Part shown: one piece after another, positions 13,168 through 26,571 of the stretch
How the letters are laid out: every line of letters begins with the position of its first letter
How positions within the stretch are numbered: the first letter of the stretch is position 1
From: Macrostomum lignano
Taxonomy: Eukaryota
Direction: 5' to 3'
DNA length: 64,000 bases
Assembly: GCA_002269645.1 (NCBI GenBank)
Contig: NIVC01000709.1
Coordinates: 248,001 to 312,000 of the forward strand
The notes under the pieces: model-generated
Told to the model about the DNA's origin: nothing
What the model saw: only the letters and a program-made list of their open reading frames with translations
The model's database searches: none
Program-made: the position numbers and the translations under genes

Positions 13168-16100
13168 GATATGTCGGATATGCGCTTTGGAATAGCTACT
13201 GGGCCGTCTCCAAACACAAAGAAAGTAAACTCGCAATGATCACAAAATACTTCGAAGTTATTAACAAAATATTTATCTTACACCCATAAAAATATCAGGT
13301 TGTTTAAATCAATGTTTACGACGTGATGTCCAGCATGTTACAAAAAACGTCATCGCCGATATGTTCTAGGAAAATCTTTCGCGTAGGCGCCTTGCCCTGC
13401 TTCTCCGATGTGGCCTAGACGGGGCTAGGCCTAGGGCTAACTAGGTGCCACTAGGCACTGCACTAGCCATTAGGCATTAGTCTTTAAGATTTACACTTCA
13501 CACGCAAGGGTCAATTTAAATACAAAATTTTAGCCTGTCTATATAGCCTACTGTATACAGTTGAGTATCTGTCCTATGACTAGATCTAGATGTCCATCTT
13601 TGTCATGTAATAGACCTTGGATTTTTATTAATATTAGTGTGTTAAATATGGCTATAGAATAATAACTATAGAATAATTAATGGCTATATAGTATAGAACT
13701 TAAGAAGTTACAACAGCTCATACTCATAGGTTCACTTCACAGTCCATTAGGATCAGAGTAGCTAATTGCATATAGGCCTATATAGGCCTAGCCAACATAA
13801 AAATAACAAGTGACAACATACAGGTATTAGGCCCTACACTATATACACAATATTTACTGAATTACTAATATTGATATAGATAAAGTAATACTGATATAAT
13901 TAAATTTCTATTTTCTAACTTCTAGTTACAACTTCCAATTCAAACCAATTATTTTTATACTGTATATGAAATATTAAGCATTTTGCTTTTTTGTTGCCAT
14001 ACCAACAACTGTTATAGCTAGCTACTTTTACTTTTACTACTTTAATACAATGTAAGCTCAGAGTCAGTTCTTTGAATCCTATACTCCTACAAGTCCTAAT
14101 CCTACTCCTAGGCTAGGGCCTACCTAGGTCTAGGAGCCTATTACCTATACTAGTCCTATATAGCTTATAGTATACCAAAAGTATCAAATCAAAATCTAAC
14201 CACACAACAAAATTGTTTATTAATGACAATATATAATAGTTGATAATTTGGTATTAAAATAGATATATATTACATATTACTTTATTCATTTGATCAATAT
14301 GATTGTTAGATCTACACTCTGGATCATATAGTATATGCCCAAAAATTCAGGCATGTGAGGTGGGGGCGGAGAAAGTTTTCTTGGAATGGGTTTATTTGAA
14401 AATTAGTTGCTAACACTAGTGAGGTAAGGTGGATTCCATGTTTGAATTGCCGTTGAGTTTTTTACATTGTGACAATAAAATAACTTTTTTAAATTGTGTA
14501 ATAGACCCTTATTACCAGATAATTTGGTTGCTTTCGCGACTCAAGTCGCGTTGAGTTTGCACAAATGGTTCCGGAAAATCACGCAGAAGAATCACAACAA
14601 ATTACTTTTTCCTGTTTACTCCAACAGCCAGGTCCTCAAGTTCCAGGGGGAGGATAGTTGCAATTGTAGTGGAGCAGTCATATAGCAACACGGTCATTCA
14701 ATTGATAAACACCGGAGATTCTGACACCTTAATCTAATGCGTTGGCTTGTCGAGCTTGTTACTTTCAGTAAGATAGTTGCTGCGACTACCGTAATTTACA
14801 TATTACGGAATGTATGGTCTCAGAGCTTTCTTTGAGATGAGACTTTGGTTATTTTATACCCCATGGCCATGGGCAAAAGACTCAAAATAGACTATAGGCT
14901 TCTTATTTGTTAATGAAAGTATTATCACTTAATAATAATTATTATTATTAACTAAGTATTGAAAATAATATTTAGCAGGCAGGTAACAATTATTATTGTG
15001 TGATCGAAATGATTTGACGAGCAGAGCCGGAGTAAACTAAAAGGTAACAAAAATGCAAGAATAAAAGAAAGTGAGAGAGCGAAAGCAATAATTAGCAGTG
15101 CTTGAAACATGCAATATAAATAGTTAGTATAAATTCCAACTACAGGGGCGAAACTTGGATGGGTAGCTGGGCAGCTGGTTAGGCAAACGAGTGGGTACAA
15201 GGTTGAGCAAAGGCAGTTTTATGTAGAAATTAAAAAAAAAAAATAACAAAAAAGAGTGGGGCAACATGGATTCATAGATGGGACAAATTGGAGGAACAAA
15301 AATTGGGACAAAGGACAACATACCAGAAAGTGACTAAATAAACAACTATTGGAAAACAATACACAAAAATTTCTGGGAGTTGAAGCATGTAATTAAATTC
15401 ATAGAAACTTAGTAAATTGAATGCAAAATTATTAAAGTAATTACAACAAAAATTGAAGTGGCAACCCAACTGCCACACAAGCATTGGCCTTGCATGTGAG
15501 GTGGGGGTGGAGAAAGAATTTTTCCTTTGCTTGGGTTTGGTTTGAAATTTGCTGACACCAGTGAGGTGGGGCAGATTCCACGATTGAATTGTTGCCGACA
15601 TTGAGTTCACACGAGTAAAGGGTCCATGAGACTTGCCCGCAGGCGAACTGCCCGCCGAGATTTGCCCGCAGGAGATTTGCCCGTCGAGATTTGCCCGCCG
15701 AGGTTTGCCCGCAGAGATTTGCCCGCAGTGCATTCTGCCCGCAGGAAATTTGCCCGTCGAGATTTGCCCGTCGAGATTTGCCCGTCGAGATTTTCCCGTC
15801 AAGATTTGCCCGCAGAGATTTTCCCGTCGAGATTTGCCCGCAGAGATTTTCCCGTCGAGATTTGCCCGCAGAGATTTGCCCGCAGAGATTTTCCCGCAAT
15901 GCAGTTTTAATCTTGCAAAAATCGACTTATACTTATCGAAATTATTTACCTGCCAGATTTCAACCGTGTGAATCTGAAACTCTTACTGCCGCAAATGCAT
16001 AAGATATTTCTTTGGCATTCCGCAGACACCTCAAATTTCCTTTCTGCTAAATTACTGTAGCCTGTTCTATAATCTTTTGTAGCAGCAATTTTTTGCTGGT

Positions 16101-16989
16101 GGAGCAGCTCACATAGCTTGTCGCATATTTTAATAAGGTAATGACTATTTTTCCCTTGACAGAACCGCACAATACAATAGCTATTTTTGTACATTCACTT
16201 GGCAAAAAGTAGAACAAGGTATTTAAGCGTCGCAAGTCAAAAGATGGTGAGGCTGTAGGTATCATTGGCATTAATTGCGAATTAACAGGTTCAACAGCGA
16301 TTGTACAATCACTATGCATGCATAATACAAGCGAAAATGAATTGCAGTAGGTAAATTAGCAATTTTCACTCTACTTAGCTCACACATTAACGGAATTTAG
16401 CACCCCAAAGGAGCAAATCTTCCGATGTGCAGCGCCAGCACATCCATTTGATCCTTCCCTATTCATTCCCTTTCAATCAAGTCCTTGGGTTCAATTACTT
16501 AAAACAACTTTGTACTCTACTGCATTTTTCACTTTGCATTCGCTTAACGATAACTTTTGATTGAGCAATAATGAAAACAATATGAAAATGATTGACCAAT
16601 TGTTAACATTTACTGTGCATCGCAAGACAGGAACAGGTGGATGACGGAGTACATGGCAACAAAAGCATTCAGTGATACAGTTACAATGGCAACCTACAAG
16701 AGGAAGGGAAGGGAATGGGGAGGAGGGGTGAGTTGTTATGTAGGCAGAAGACTGTGGGTTCACTGAACTTCTCTGACCTAACCAAATTTCAGAAACTAGA
16801 AGCAACCGCAGTGCTAAATACGAGGGTTTAAAGTGCGCAAAGTGAATGCCTTTGCGAATCCCATGGAAGCGGGAACTATTATTATATAGGCCACAATGAA
16901 ACTAGAGCACAGAATATTAAATTTATTGCTTCTTAGTGTAGTGCAGCAAGAAACCAAAATTGTAAGGATAGCTACCGTTGTCAATCAGA

Positions 16990-18432
16990 TCACTTCTTCA
17001 AATGGTGAGCGATGCCCCTCAGGTAGGAACGCAAAGGAAAGTCAGCAGGCAGACCGCCACCTTCGACGTTCCAACGCTGCGTGACGCGAAGAAGCATCGC
17101 GTTGCTCTGCACGTATCTCTTCCGCTCCTTCGGTGCTTCACCAGCGTTGGCTCGCTGCATCAGCAGTGCCTGGTGTTCAACTTCCTTTTTGAGGTCCTTC
17201 ATGAGCCGAAAAACATTCGGATTGCTGCAACCCAGAATTGACTGGAACCTCCTATGCCAGGCTTCAACTGCGTTGTTCGTGCGATGAAGTCCATTCAAAG
17301 TTCGCTCACGAACATTCCAAATTGAAGGTGAGAATCGAGGCTGCCGTCTTCCTCCGCCAGGAAGTCGATGGCCGACCCACTGGGCTTCAAAATAGTCTGC
17401 TGTTGAAGCCATCTCCGCAGGAAAGTCAGGCAGCATTATTAACTCATCAAATGCTGCTGGAACACTATTAATAGGCACAAAGGCCAAAGCAGAAAGGCAA
17501 CGCAGCCAGACGGACATCTCGCCATCTTCTTCTTTAATCTGACGCTTTAATCCCTCAGCAACTGCTCTTCTGTACACGCACTGAACAAGGTGAAATAGAC
17601 AGCCTGTTGACTCGATGCCAAAGACATGCTGAACAGCATTCATGTTAGCTCGCTCAAAATCTGACATCCAGCGAAGTGGCCTCATGTTCGGCGCCAATTG
17701 ATGCAGAGCCTCGTAAAATCGACAGTACGTTGCTTCAGTCTTGTTGGGTAGCAATGCGTAGATGAGTGGTCTTATGAAGCCTTGAAGTTCGGCATGCACT
17801 GTCACCAGTTGAGCGAACAGTGGCGGCGAGGCATCGAATGTGCCGTCCGAGAAGAAATCTGTCGCCAATTGCAGGGCTTGAATGTTATCCTCGCTACCGA
17901 AGATTAAAATTCGATTGTTGTCCTGTCCGGAGTCATGCAGCAGAAACAGTGCTCCGTTGTTGAATTGAAATTCTTCAGGTATAATGAGCTCGGCTCGGTT
18001 GAGCGGCTGTACTGGAAGACCTTGGTGCGTTTGACGAACATCTTGAACTTGCCGCTTTAATGCGCTTTGAGATGGAAGGGCTATGCCTGCACACTCAGAC
18101 AGCCCATTTGTGTGTTCCATGACGATATTTGCCGTCGAATTCACGGTGTTCCTGGCATCCGATTTAATCTCCCGAAGAGCCTCAAGAACTTGGAATCGAG
18201 AGCCATCAGGTCCGTGATTGTGGTCATTCAGCTGTCGCACTTTAAAGCCATTCCGGATGTGGATTCGAGCAGGACATGATCCCAAGCGCCGTTCTTCACA
18301 CTGCCAAAATGACACCTCTTCGTCGACCAGGCTAGTTCTTTCAAGTGTAAAGTAGTAGCCTTCGCAGGCTGCTTTGCGCTTCCCACGAATTGTTGCACTA
18401 AAGCGCACAGTGATGGGAGGAGCTGCTTCCAT
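16990..18432 (-). CDS. MULE DDE transposase with N-terminal FLYWCH-type zinc finger, 480 aa, uninterrupted
   Basis: EGYYF..FWQC..CPARI..HNH (FLYWCH); FSDGTF (D1), WMSDFE (D2), GCLFHL (CxxH), RTNNAVEAWH (E). Confidence 0.95.
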   Translation of the reverse strand: MEAAPPITVRFSATIRGKRKAACEGYYFTLERTSLVDEEVSFWQCEERRLGSCPARIHIRNGFKVRQLNDHNHGPDGSRFQVLEALREIKSDARNTVNSTANIVMEHTNGLSECAGIALPSQSALKRQVQDVRQTHQGLPVQPLNRAELIIPEEFQFNNGALFLLHDSGQDNNRILIFGSEDNIQALQLATDFFSDGTFDASPPLFAQLVTVHAELQGFIRPLIYALLPNKTEATYCRFYEALHQLAPNMRPLRWMSDFERANMNAVQHVFGIESTGCLFHLVQCVYRRAVAEGLKRQIKEEDGEMSVWLRCLSALAFVPINSVPAAFDELIMLPDFPAEMASTADYFEAQWVGHRLPGGGRRQPRFSPSIWNVRERTLNGLHRTNNAVEAWHRRFQSILGCSNPNVFRLMKDLKKEVEHQALLMQRANAGEAPKERKRYVQSNAMLLRVTQRWNVEGGGLPADFPLRSYLRGIAHHLKK

Positions 18433-19138
18433 GTGGTCTGCTTGTTATTAACGTTGTCTTGAAATTCACTTTATATATGTAGAGTTGTCGCAGTCTAACT
18501 TGACCAGACTAAAGTTGAATACACTAAGCAGTAAGGAAGGGCAGTGTATTTATATATTATAGGAGATAACAGGGGGTTGAGAGAAAGGAGGGGTGGGCAA
18601 AGAGAGGGGTTAGGTTAGGAGGCGCGATCAAAGGAATGAGGGGCACGCAAGACAAGAAGGAGGCTAAAGGGGTGGGGTGCCTGCAGCCAATCAGAAAGAG
18701 AAGAGAGAATGAGAGACCCAGACCCAGAGAGAATGAAATCCAGACAGATTTTATGGACATTTTATCGAAGACTGGGAATTGAGATATAGGGGTCCAGGAT
18801 AGAATTAGCGAGAAAGAATCACATCAGACTTTGTTTACACTGCTTTCTGGATCTTTAGCGAGGAGTTAATAAGCAGGTCTTTAAATTTCATTAAATTTGT
18901 TATATAGATAAGCCAGCTGCCCGTCGCCACATGCACAAGGCGATGTTTTTAGAAAATGCTCTGCATACTCATACTCTATGTAAGGGCCAGATTATAAAAT
19001 GTCGTGGGGTCCCCGACATGCACCATATAGGACTCCATGGCTTATTTACTGGATTTGTTGTTCGGTGGTTGAGCAGATCGAGGTGATAAAATCCAGGCGG
19101 CTGACATGTGAATTTGAAACAGACAGCGCTCCACCAGC

Positions 19139-19325
19139 TAGAGATTCCAATACCGGGACCGGGATTTGAGAGCAAACACCTGGAATTCCAATCTCAGGAC
19201 TTAAAATTGCCCACCATTCAGCGGGATTTCAATTTTTCGGGATTTGCTGGGACTGAAAATGCTGGGGATTTTATGGGAGTTGGACAGGAATATCCCGAAC
19301 CCGACAATCCTGGGATTGGAAACTA
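19139..19325. mobile_element. Possible small degenerate MITE nested in the MULE 5' region
   Basis: Imperfect inverted ends TAGAGATTCCAATACC / GGGATTGGAAACTA and internal CGGGAT motifs; no TSD found. Confidence 0.3.
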
Positions 19326-22300
19326 GCCGGGATTTTACCATCCCTACCACCAGGCACCAGCAAAAAATTCCTGCTACAAAAGATTATAGAACAGGCTACA
19401 GTAATTTAGCAGAAAGGAAATTTGAGGTGTCTGCGAAATGCCAAAGAAATATCTTATGCATTTGCGGCAGTAAGAGTTTCAGATTCACACGGTTGAAATC
19501 TGGCAGGTAAATAATTTCGATAAGTATAAGTCGATTTTTGCAAGATTAAAACTGCATTGCGGGAAAATCTCTGCGGGCAAATCTCTGCGGGCAAATCTCT
19601 GCGGGCAAATCTCGACGGGAAAATCTCTGCGGGCAAATCTCGACGGGAAAATCTCTGCGGGCAAATCTCGACGGGAAAATCTCAACGGGCAAATCTCGAC
19701 GGGCAAATCTCGACGGGCAAATCTCCTGCGGGCAGAATGCACTGCGGGCAAATCTCTGCGGGCAAACCTCGGCGGGCAAATCTCGACGGGCAAATCTCCT
19801 GCGGGCAAATCTCGGCGGGCAGTTCGCCTGCGGGCAAGTCTCGTGCTCCCACGAGTAAAGCCAGAAATTCGCGTAGACGAATCACAACGTAATCTTTCTC
19901 CTTTTACTCCGACAGCTGGGTTCTCAAGTCCGGGGGGAGGGTAGTTGCAGTCATAGTGGCGCAGTCGTTCAAAGCGATGAAAACACAGATGCAGACACCG
20001 TAAATTGTGTCAATTTGCTGAGCTTGTTACTTTCAGTAGGGTAGAGCTGCCACCACCGTAAATTACATATTACGGAACGAATAAGTCTCTGAGCTTTTTT
20101 TTAACTGAGAAAACTTGGTTATTTAACGCCCCACGGGCAAAAGACTCAAGATAGGCTATGGCTTAATGTCAACAAATAAAATATTAATGAATTGGCGGGA
20201 TATTATTAGCTTGAGCAGGAAAAATTGATAAATTACTTATTGACAACAATGAATTCGGCATGCCGCGGTGCAACGACTATTTAGCTAGACAAGTGAAAAA
20301 TTGACAAAACTTAACTAAACTAAAGATAGGCAAGACAAAAGGTGAACTAAACAAACTTAAAACAAGCAAACAAAATGGGAGAGAGCGATAAAGAGAGGGA
20401 AGAGCAAAAAAAACAGAACATAAACACACACACATATATAAGCAAAAGTGAGCAAAATTTGCTGCTGGACTAGAATAAGGAGATTTACACTAATGCATCT
20501 GGTCCAGCGGCGGCAAAGTAATGAAAAGCATAAAATTAAATGGGATACGCAAGGAGGCAAACGGAGGGACAACAATTTACACGGGGTGGAGATTGAAGAA
20601 ATCCCATAGCAAGATGGGGTGCGTGACAAAAATTAAGGAAAACTGTCCCTTCAAGGGGAAACAAAATAACGGCTTGGGAAACGTACATTTGACGGGAAAC
20701 ATCAATTCAAAAGTTAACAAACTGCTAATAAATAAAAATTAAAAAAAACCAGGGGCAGCCACCTGCTACACATGCCAAAATTAGGTATGCAAAGTTAGTG
20801 TGCATCACTCCTAAGAAAATAGTATGCATGCACACCTGGCATGCACTTTATAGAATCACACATAAAAGTTATTGTGAAGTTGAAAAAATATGAAAAAAGT
20901 TCTTTTTTAAGTGCAAATTTCAAGCTTTCTGGTTTTTTCAAGCTCGTAAAAATCATTTAACCAAATCTTTGCGTGTATAAATTTTCTGCTATAAATAGTA
21001 TTGCTGAAAAAGCATAGAAAGCAACCAAATTATCTGGTAATAAGGGTCTATTACGCAATTTAAAAAAGTTATTTTATTGTCACAATGTAAAAAAGGTCAT
21101 TTATCATCGCAACACCAGCATATTTTTTAGAATGGCCATGTGAGGTCGGGGGGGTTTGAAAACTATTCTCTGCTGGGCTTCTTGAAATTCGTTTGTTCTC
21201 GTTTGTTCAAATCGGTGCGCTTTGTCGTTTCAAACAAACTTAACGAAGATTTCGGCTTGTAGATGACAGGGAGCTCCACTGCTAAGTTCCTTAGGCTCAG
21301 GGGGAGGGTAGCTGTGGTCGCGGCTGAGCGGTCTAGTATGCCGACGTTCAGAAGGCTGAATGCAGAGATTTGTAGCCAATGAAGGGCACTTCAAAATAAA
21401 CTAAAATTTCTTGAGAGTGTTACTAATAGTAGTAGGTCGCTGCTGTAGGAAAAGCTCTAAAGCTGGAAACTAGCTCAAGTTTGCTCTAGCGCTTCTCGAT
21501 AGACCTCTAAGGGTCAAAATAAAGTGCTTCCAAGGTCACGAAGTTAAGACACCGTTTCACACACAGAACTAAATGGGCTGGTATAAATATTTGGCCAAAA
21601 ACTGGGTAATTATTATTAGGCGTCACTAAGTTAAGTAGCTAGATTAAGTATAACAAAACAATTCGCTTAATTATTAGACTTAAATTGGTGGACAAGGAGC
21701 TGGTCGGGTCAGGATACTGGGCTTACAAGATAGGGGCCTCTCATAGTAGTCTGAGTTGGGTTGGCGGGATTCCTAGGAGTTCAGGCAAAGGACACGAGAG
21801 ACTCTTAAATTAGGTTCTTAGGAACCACCGGGTGGAAGCGGGTTACCCCGGGTGGGACCAAAGAGACACACGGTGGGGAGAGAGGAAGGTACACCAGGTG
21901 GTCACGACTAAACACCGGGTGGACCCTATGGAAAACGCAGTAAAACAAAATTAGCCAAGGGGTGGGAAAGAAAATTACATTTGCGTAAAACGCTTTCTGC
22001 ACAGGGAAAGTGACGTCAATGTTCGGAATCCACTGAGTAAAATCATTCACCCTGTGGAAAATAAGGTTACATTCAGTGGGAGGTAGTGGGAGGCCTCGCC
22101 TACCAGACATGCACTATATTTTTTTGATGTGCATTTATGATTATTCAATTTTTGTTTGGGCATGCACCCAGAATGATCCGGATTATGGTATTAGATTAGG
22201 CTCTTATTCCTTCTCATAATGCATATTTAATCTACAAATTATGATTCGCGATTTGTAATTCATAAATTACAGTTGAAAAAATACAAATCTTGCATAGAAA

Positions 22301-24046
22301 TAGTTTGTATTAATTACAATGTGTGATATAATGATGTAAAAATAAACTGCAACATTAAATCTTAGCTTGTTTATAAAATAAAATGCTTAAAATTGTTAAA
22401 AATATAATTTAAAAGTGCAAAAACTAGACCAAAAGTGGATTAAAAGCCCCAAACCATTTTTTGGTTAACTGGTTAACTAGAATTGGCATCCCTAGGCATA
22501 AGTTAATAATATAACCTATTGCAATGAAACACAATTATACCCTATTGGAATATGTAGACAAAAGGTATCTAACCATCTATCACAATTTTGGAATTTTACA
22601 ATGGCACATAGTGGCTAGAGTAAAGGCAGGTAGTATTGCAGCATAGTATAGTTTTTGGATAAATAACAAAAGTAACTATGACTGTCCTGATCAGTCTAAA
22701 TGCCATGTTATCTAATTAGTACTAGGCCTATGCCTATATTTGGTGCAAAAGTTAACATGTTCTGTCTTATCACATTTTGAGCTACAATTTTAGACCCCAT
22801 GTTGCATATCTATAAGTTTTTACACTTATTCCAATAGGGACAATATATAAAAATATTTAAAAAATTAAAATAATTTGGTCCTAGGCTCTATATCAGTGCA
22901 AACATACTCAAAACTTAGTAATCAAAAATTTATTTCAAAATAAAAAGGAGACTTCAGTTTTAAACTTTTGTTCTATTTAAATATATTATGGAAACCCTAT
23001 ATATATATAAAATTTTGTAATACTCACTTTATTAAAAATTGACAAAAGTATGCTACAAATTGTAGACAAAAAATCTAATCATATTTTTAACTTTGTCAAA
23101 ACTCTTTTTATTAATTATTCATAAAAGTTGTAATTCCTGAAACTCTGGTAACAAAGTTTCTTTACTAGCATTGGATTAATAATATCAACATAACAATTTA
23201 TAGGCCTTTTCTTTTCTTTAAGTTTAAAAAAACAATATTAAGGCTACAGAAGCTGTAGACTCCAAGTTCAAACCAAGTCTATAGAAATAACTAGCAGTCT
23301 ATTCTCCTCTGTTAGGAAGGCAATCAAACATATTAACCATATATTGGTTTTTACCCTAGTATAGTCACTATGGTTAATCACTCAAGGAAAATTGTTTAAA
23401 GTAAAAAAGACATAGTAAAAGTAAAGTAAGACAAAGTAAAGAAAAAGGGAAAAACAAAAGAAATACTCTCAAAATGATAGCATAGGTCTAACCAAAGGTA
23501 AACATATTTTTAGAATGATAATTGTAAAGGGAAAAACTTTTGTCTATTGCATTCAAATAGTTATGACTTTTTTAAGGTATAATAAGGCTTAAGGCACATA
23601 AATAATGTAAATAATAAAAATAAAAATAATAAGGTACCACTAAACCAAAACATTTTGTACAAAAATTAATGTTTTATATATGAATTAGCATATTTCAAAC
23701 TGAAAAAAAAATAGATGTGGTTTCTTAATTTTATGAAATTTGATTTATCCCAACCTATATCTATAGAAGAGACTCACATTGCAATCCATATACTAAAATA
23801 GTTTGTTGGTATCTATCTACATGTATCTAGGTATATGATCAATTTTAGAAAATGGAACACTAATATATATAGGTATGAATGTCTGCATAATATATATAGC
23901 AATTTTAAAATTGAGTTTCAAAGAGAGAGAGAACATTTTCAGAAAGGTAACTCTTTTAATATTAGCTAATATACAGCCATAATTATAACACTTCATATTC
24001 ACTAATAGAAGCGACTACTATGTCTTTTGCAGCACAGTGGATAACA

Positions 24047-26449
24047 ATGGCGAAAAATGCCTCTGGATTTCACACTGATGTTATTCTAGTCGCAACTGGG
24101 CTGACTTTTCTGAAGCTCCTGTTCTCACAGCTATAGTAAGTGCCATATTAGAAATATATAAATGCTCCAAAAATCAATAATTGTTTCACATTTTTGATTG
24201 AGTATAAAGTTGCTATTATATTCTTTATTCAGCTATTCAACCGACTTTGAGGTGCACAGGAATTGGTTAGCCATCACCCACTCTTTGCCACTGAGCAAGT
24301 GGTACTCTGAGGTAAGGTTTAATTAACAAGCAAGTTTTTTTTTAATTTTGTTGTGCCTTTTTAAACTGGCACTGTTTCTGCAACAGTCAGTCTGTCACCA
24401 CGACAGTATTCAGGTTGTCACCTGTCACCCAATATTCACTGTCACTGCCCCGGTATATTCACTGTCACTGCCCCAGTATTTACTGTCACTGCCCCAGTAT
24501 TCACTGTCACTGCCCCAATATTCGCTGTCACTGCCCCGGTATTCACTGTCACTGCCCTAGTATTCACTGTCACTGCCCCAGTATTCACTGTCACTGCCCC
24601 GCTATTCACTGTCACTGCCCCAGTATTCACTGTCACTGCCCCGCTATTCACTGTCACTGCCCCAGTATTCACTGTCACTGCCCCAGTATTCACTGTCACT
24701 GCCCCGCTATTCACTGTCACTGCCCCAGTATTCACTGTCACTGCCCCAGTATTCACTGTCACTGCCCCGCTATTCACTGTCACTGCCCCGCTATTCACTG
24801 TCACTGCCCTAGTATTCACTGTCACTGCCCCAGTATTCACTGTCACTGCCCCGCTATTCACTGTCACTGCCCCAGTATTCACTGTCACTGCCCCAGTATT
24901 CACTGTCACTGCCCCAGTATTCACTGTCACTGCCCCAGTATTCACTGTCACTGCCCCAGTATTCACTGTCACTGCCCCAGTATTCACTGTCACTGCCCCA
25001 GTATTCACTGTCACTGCCCCAGTATTCACTGTCACTGCCCCAGTATTCACTGTCACTGCCCCAGTATTCACTGTCACTGCCCCAGTATTCACTGTCACTG
25101 CCCCAGTATTCACTGTCACTGCCCCAGTATTCACTGTCACTGCCCCAATATTCGCTGTCACTGCCCCGGTATTCACTGTCACTGCCCTAGTATTCACTGT
25201 CACTGCCCTAGTATTCACTGTCACTGCCCCAGTATTCACTGTCACTGCCCCGCTATTCACTGTCACTGCCCCAGTATTCACTGTCACTGCCCCAGTATTC
25301 ACTGTCACTGCCCCAGTATTCACTGTCACTGCCCCAGTATTCACTGTCACTGCCCCAGTATTCACTGTCACTGCCCCAGTATTCACTGTCACTGCCCCAG
25401 TATTCACTGTCACTGCCCCAGTATTCACTGTCACTGCCCCAGTATTCACTGTCACTGCCCTAGTATTCACTGTCACTGCCCCAGTATTCACTGTCACTGC
25501 CGTCACCAACCAATTTCTCTCAGAATACATCTCAATGGACTCTGGACTACCCACCCTACTTTGCCTACTTCGAGTGGAGCCTCTCGCAGCTGGCTGCACT
25601 TGTCGATCCGGGCATGCTGAATGTCAGCAATTTGAACTACGCCTCCGGCGCCACAGTCATGTTCCAGAGAGTCAGCGTCATTGTCAGCGATGCTGCCCTG
25701 GTTGCTGCCTGTCTGGCGTGAGTTCCCCGCTTGTTTAATGCCAATTCCTGTGTTTGCGCCATTGCAGCGGCTGGTGGGTCATAGAATAGTTTAGAACGGA
25801 CCATAGACAGGGTTTAAAACAGGTCATATGCGGGATTTAAAACAGGTCATATGCGGTGTTTAAAACAGGTCATATGTAGGGTTTAAAACAGGTCATAGAC
25901 AACGTTTAAAACAGGTCATAGACAACGTTTAAAACAGGTCATAGACAACGTTTAAAACAGGTCATAGACAACGTTTAAAACAGGTGATAGACAGCGTTTA
26001 AAACAGGTCATAGACAGGGTTTAAAACAAATCATAGACAGGGTTTAAAACAGGTCATAAGATAGGAGTTAACAAGACATTATGTTAAAATTAGGTCCCTG
26101 ATATGTTATACATGTAGATAGGTTCTTAAAGTTGACATGCGGAGGTATTGATCCGCCTTTGCCAATTATTTCTCCAAGCTCAGAATTGTCTCCGACGTAG
26201 GCGGCGCGGCTTCGAAATCGGCGACGCGCGGCGGTCGCGGTGGCGTCGGCGCGCCAGCATTGTGGACGGCCCTGTTGTTGCTGTGCAACTTTGGACTGCT
26301 CATCGTTGATCGTGAGAACTGTGGCTTTGGGCTGGCCAGCTGCATTGCGTTTGACTTCAGGCTTTTGGCGCTTCAGTGTCTTGTCTGCCTTCAGTGTCTG
26401 TCTTGTCTGTCTCACTGTCTGTCTGTCTGTCTGTCTGTCTCACTGTCTA

Positions 26450-26507
<58 letters not shown>

Positions 26508-26509
26508 AC

Positions 26510-26571
<62 letters not shown>

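Larger units (their letters stand above)
15620..19850 (-). mobile_element. Autonomous-looking Mutator/MULE transposon, 4231 bp
   Basis: Perfect 9-bp TSD ACGAGTAAA at 15611-15619 and 19851-19859. TIRs 15620-16101 and 19355-19850 are highly similar and contain 14-bp tandem units (GAGATTTGCCCGCA / GAGATTTTCCCGTC). Confidence 0.95.
14350..21400. repeat. Old degenerate tandem triplication (~1.1-kb unit) interrupted by insertions
   Basis: CATGTGAGGT(G/C)GGGG recurs at ~14352, 15491 and 21137. The block CTCAAGT..GGGGAGG(A/G)TAG(T/C)TG recurs at ~14635, 19922 and 21297. Unit B is split by the MULE. Confidence 0.65.

Noticed and set aside
15272-16002. ORFs with repeated CGQISAG/FARRD motifs on both strands, also at 19454-19892
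   Set aside because: They are translations of the 14-bp units in the MULE TIRs.
14870-20160. AAGACTCAA matches (~14878, ~20143) resembling part of a flatworm spliced-leader sequence
   Set aside because: Only about 9 nt match my recollection of the leader; there is no terminal ATG|GT donor or Sm site, and both lie in the triplicated unit.
21400-24000. AT-rich tract with short ORFs, also 13200-14350 and 61000-64000 with TAGGCCTA motifs
   Set aside because: No coding signal, TIR/TSD pair or periodicity that I could support; treated as ordinary intergenic DNA.
24415-25620. 401-aa Cys/His-rich ORF (CHCPSIH)n resembling a metallothionein or zinc-binding protein
   Set aside because: It is the translation of a stop-free 21-bp array lying wholly in ALG8 intron 2, bounded by good GT/AG sites.
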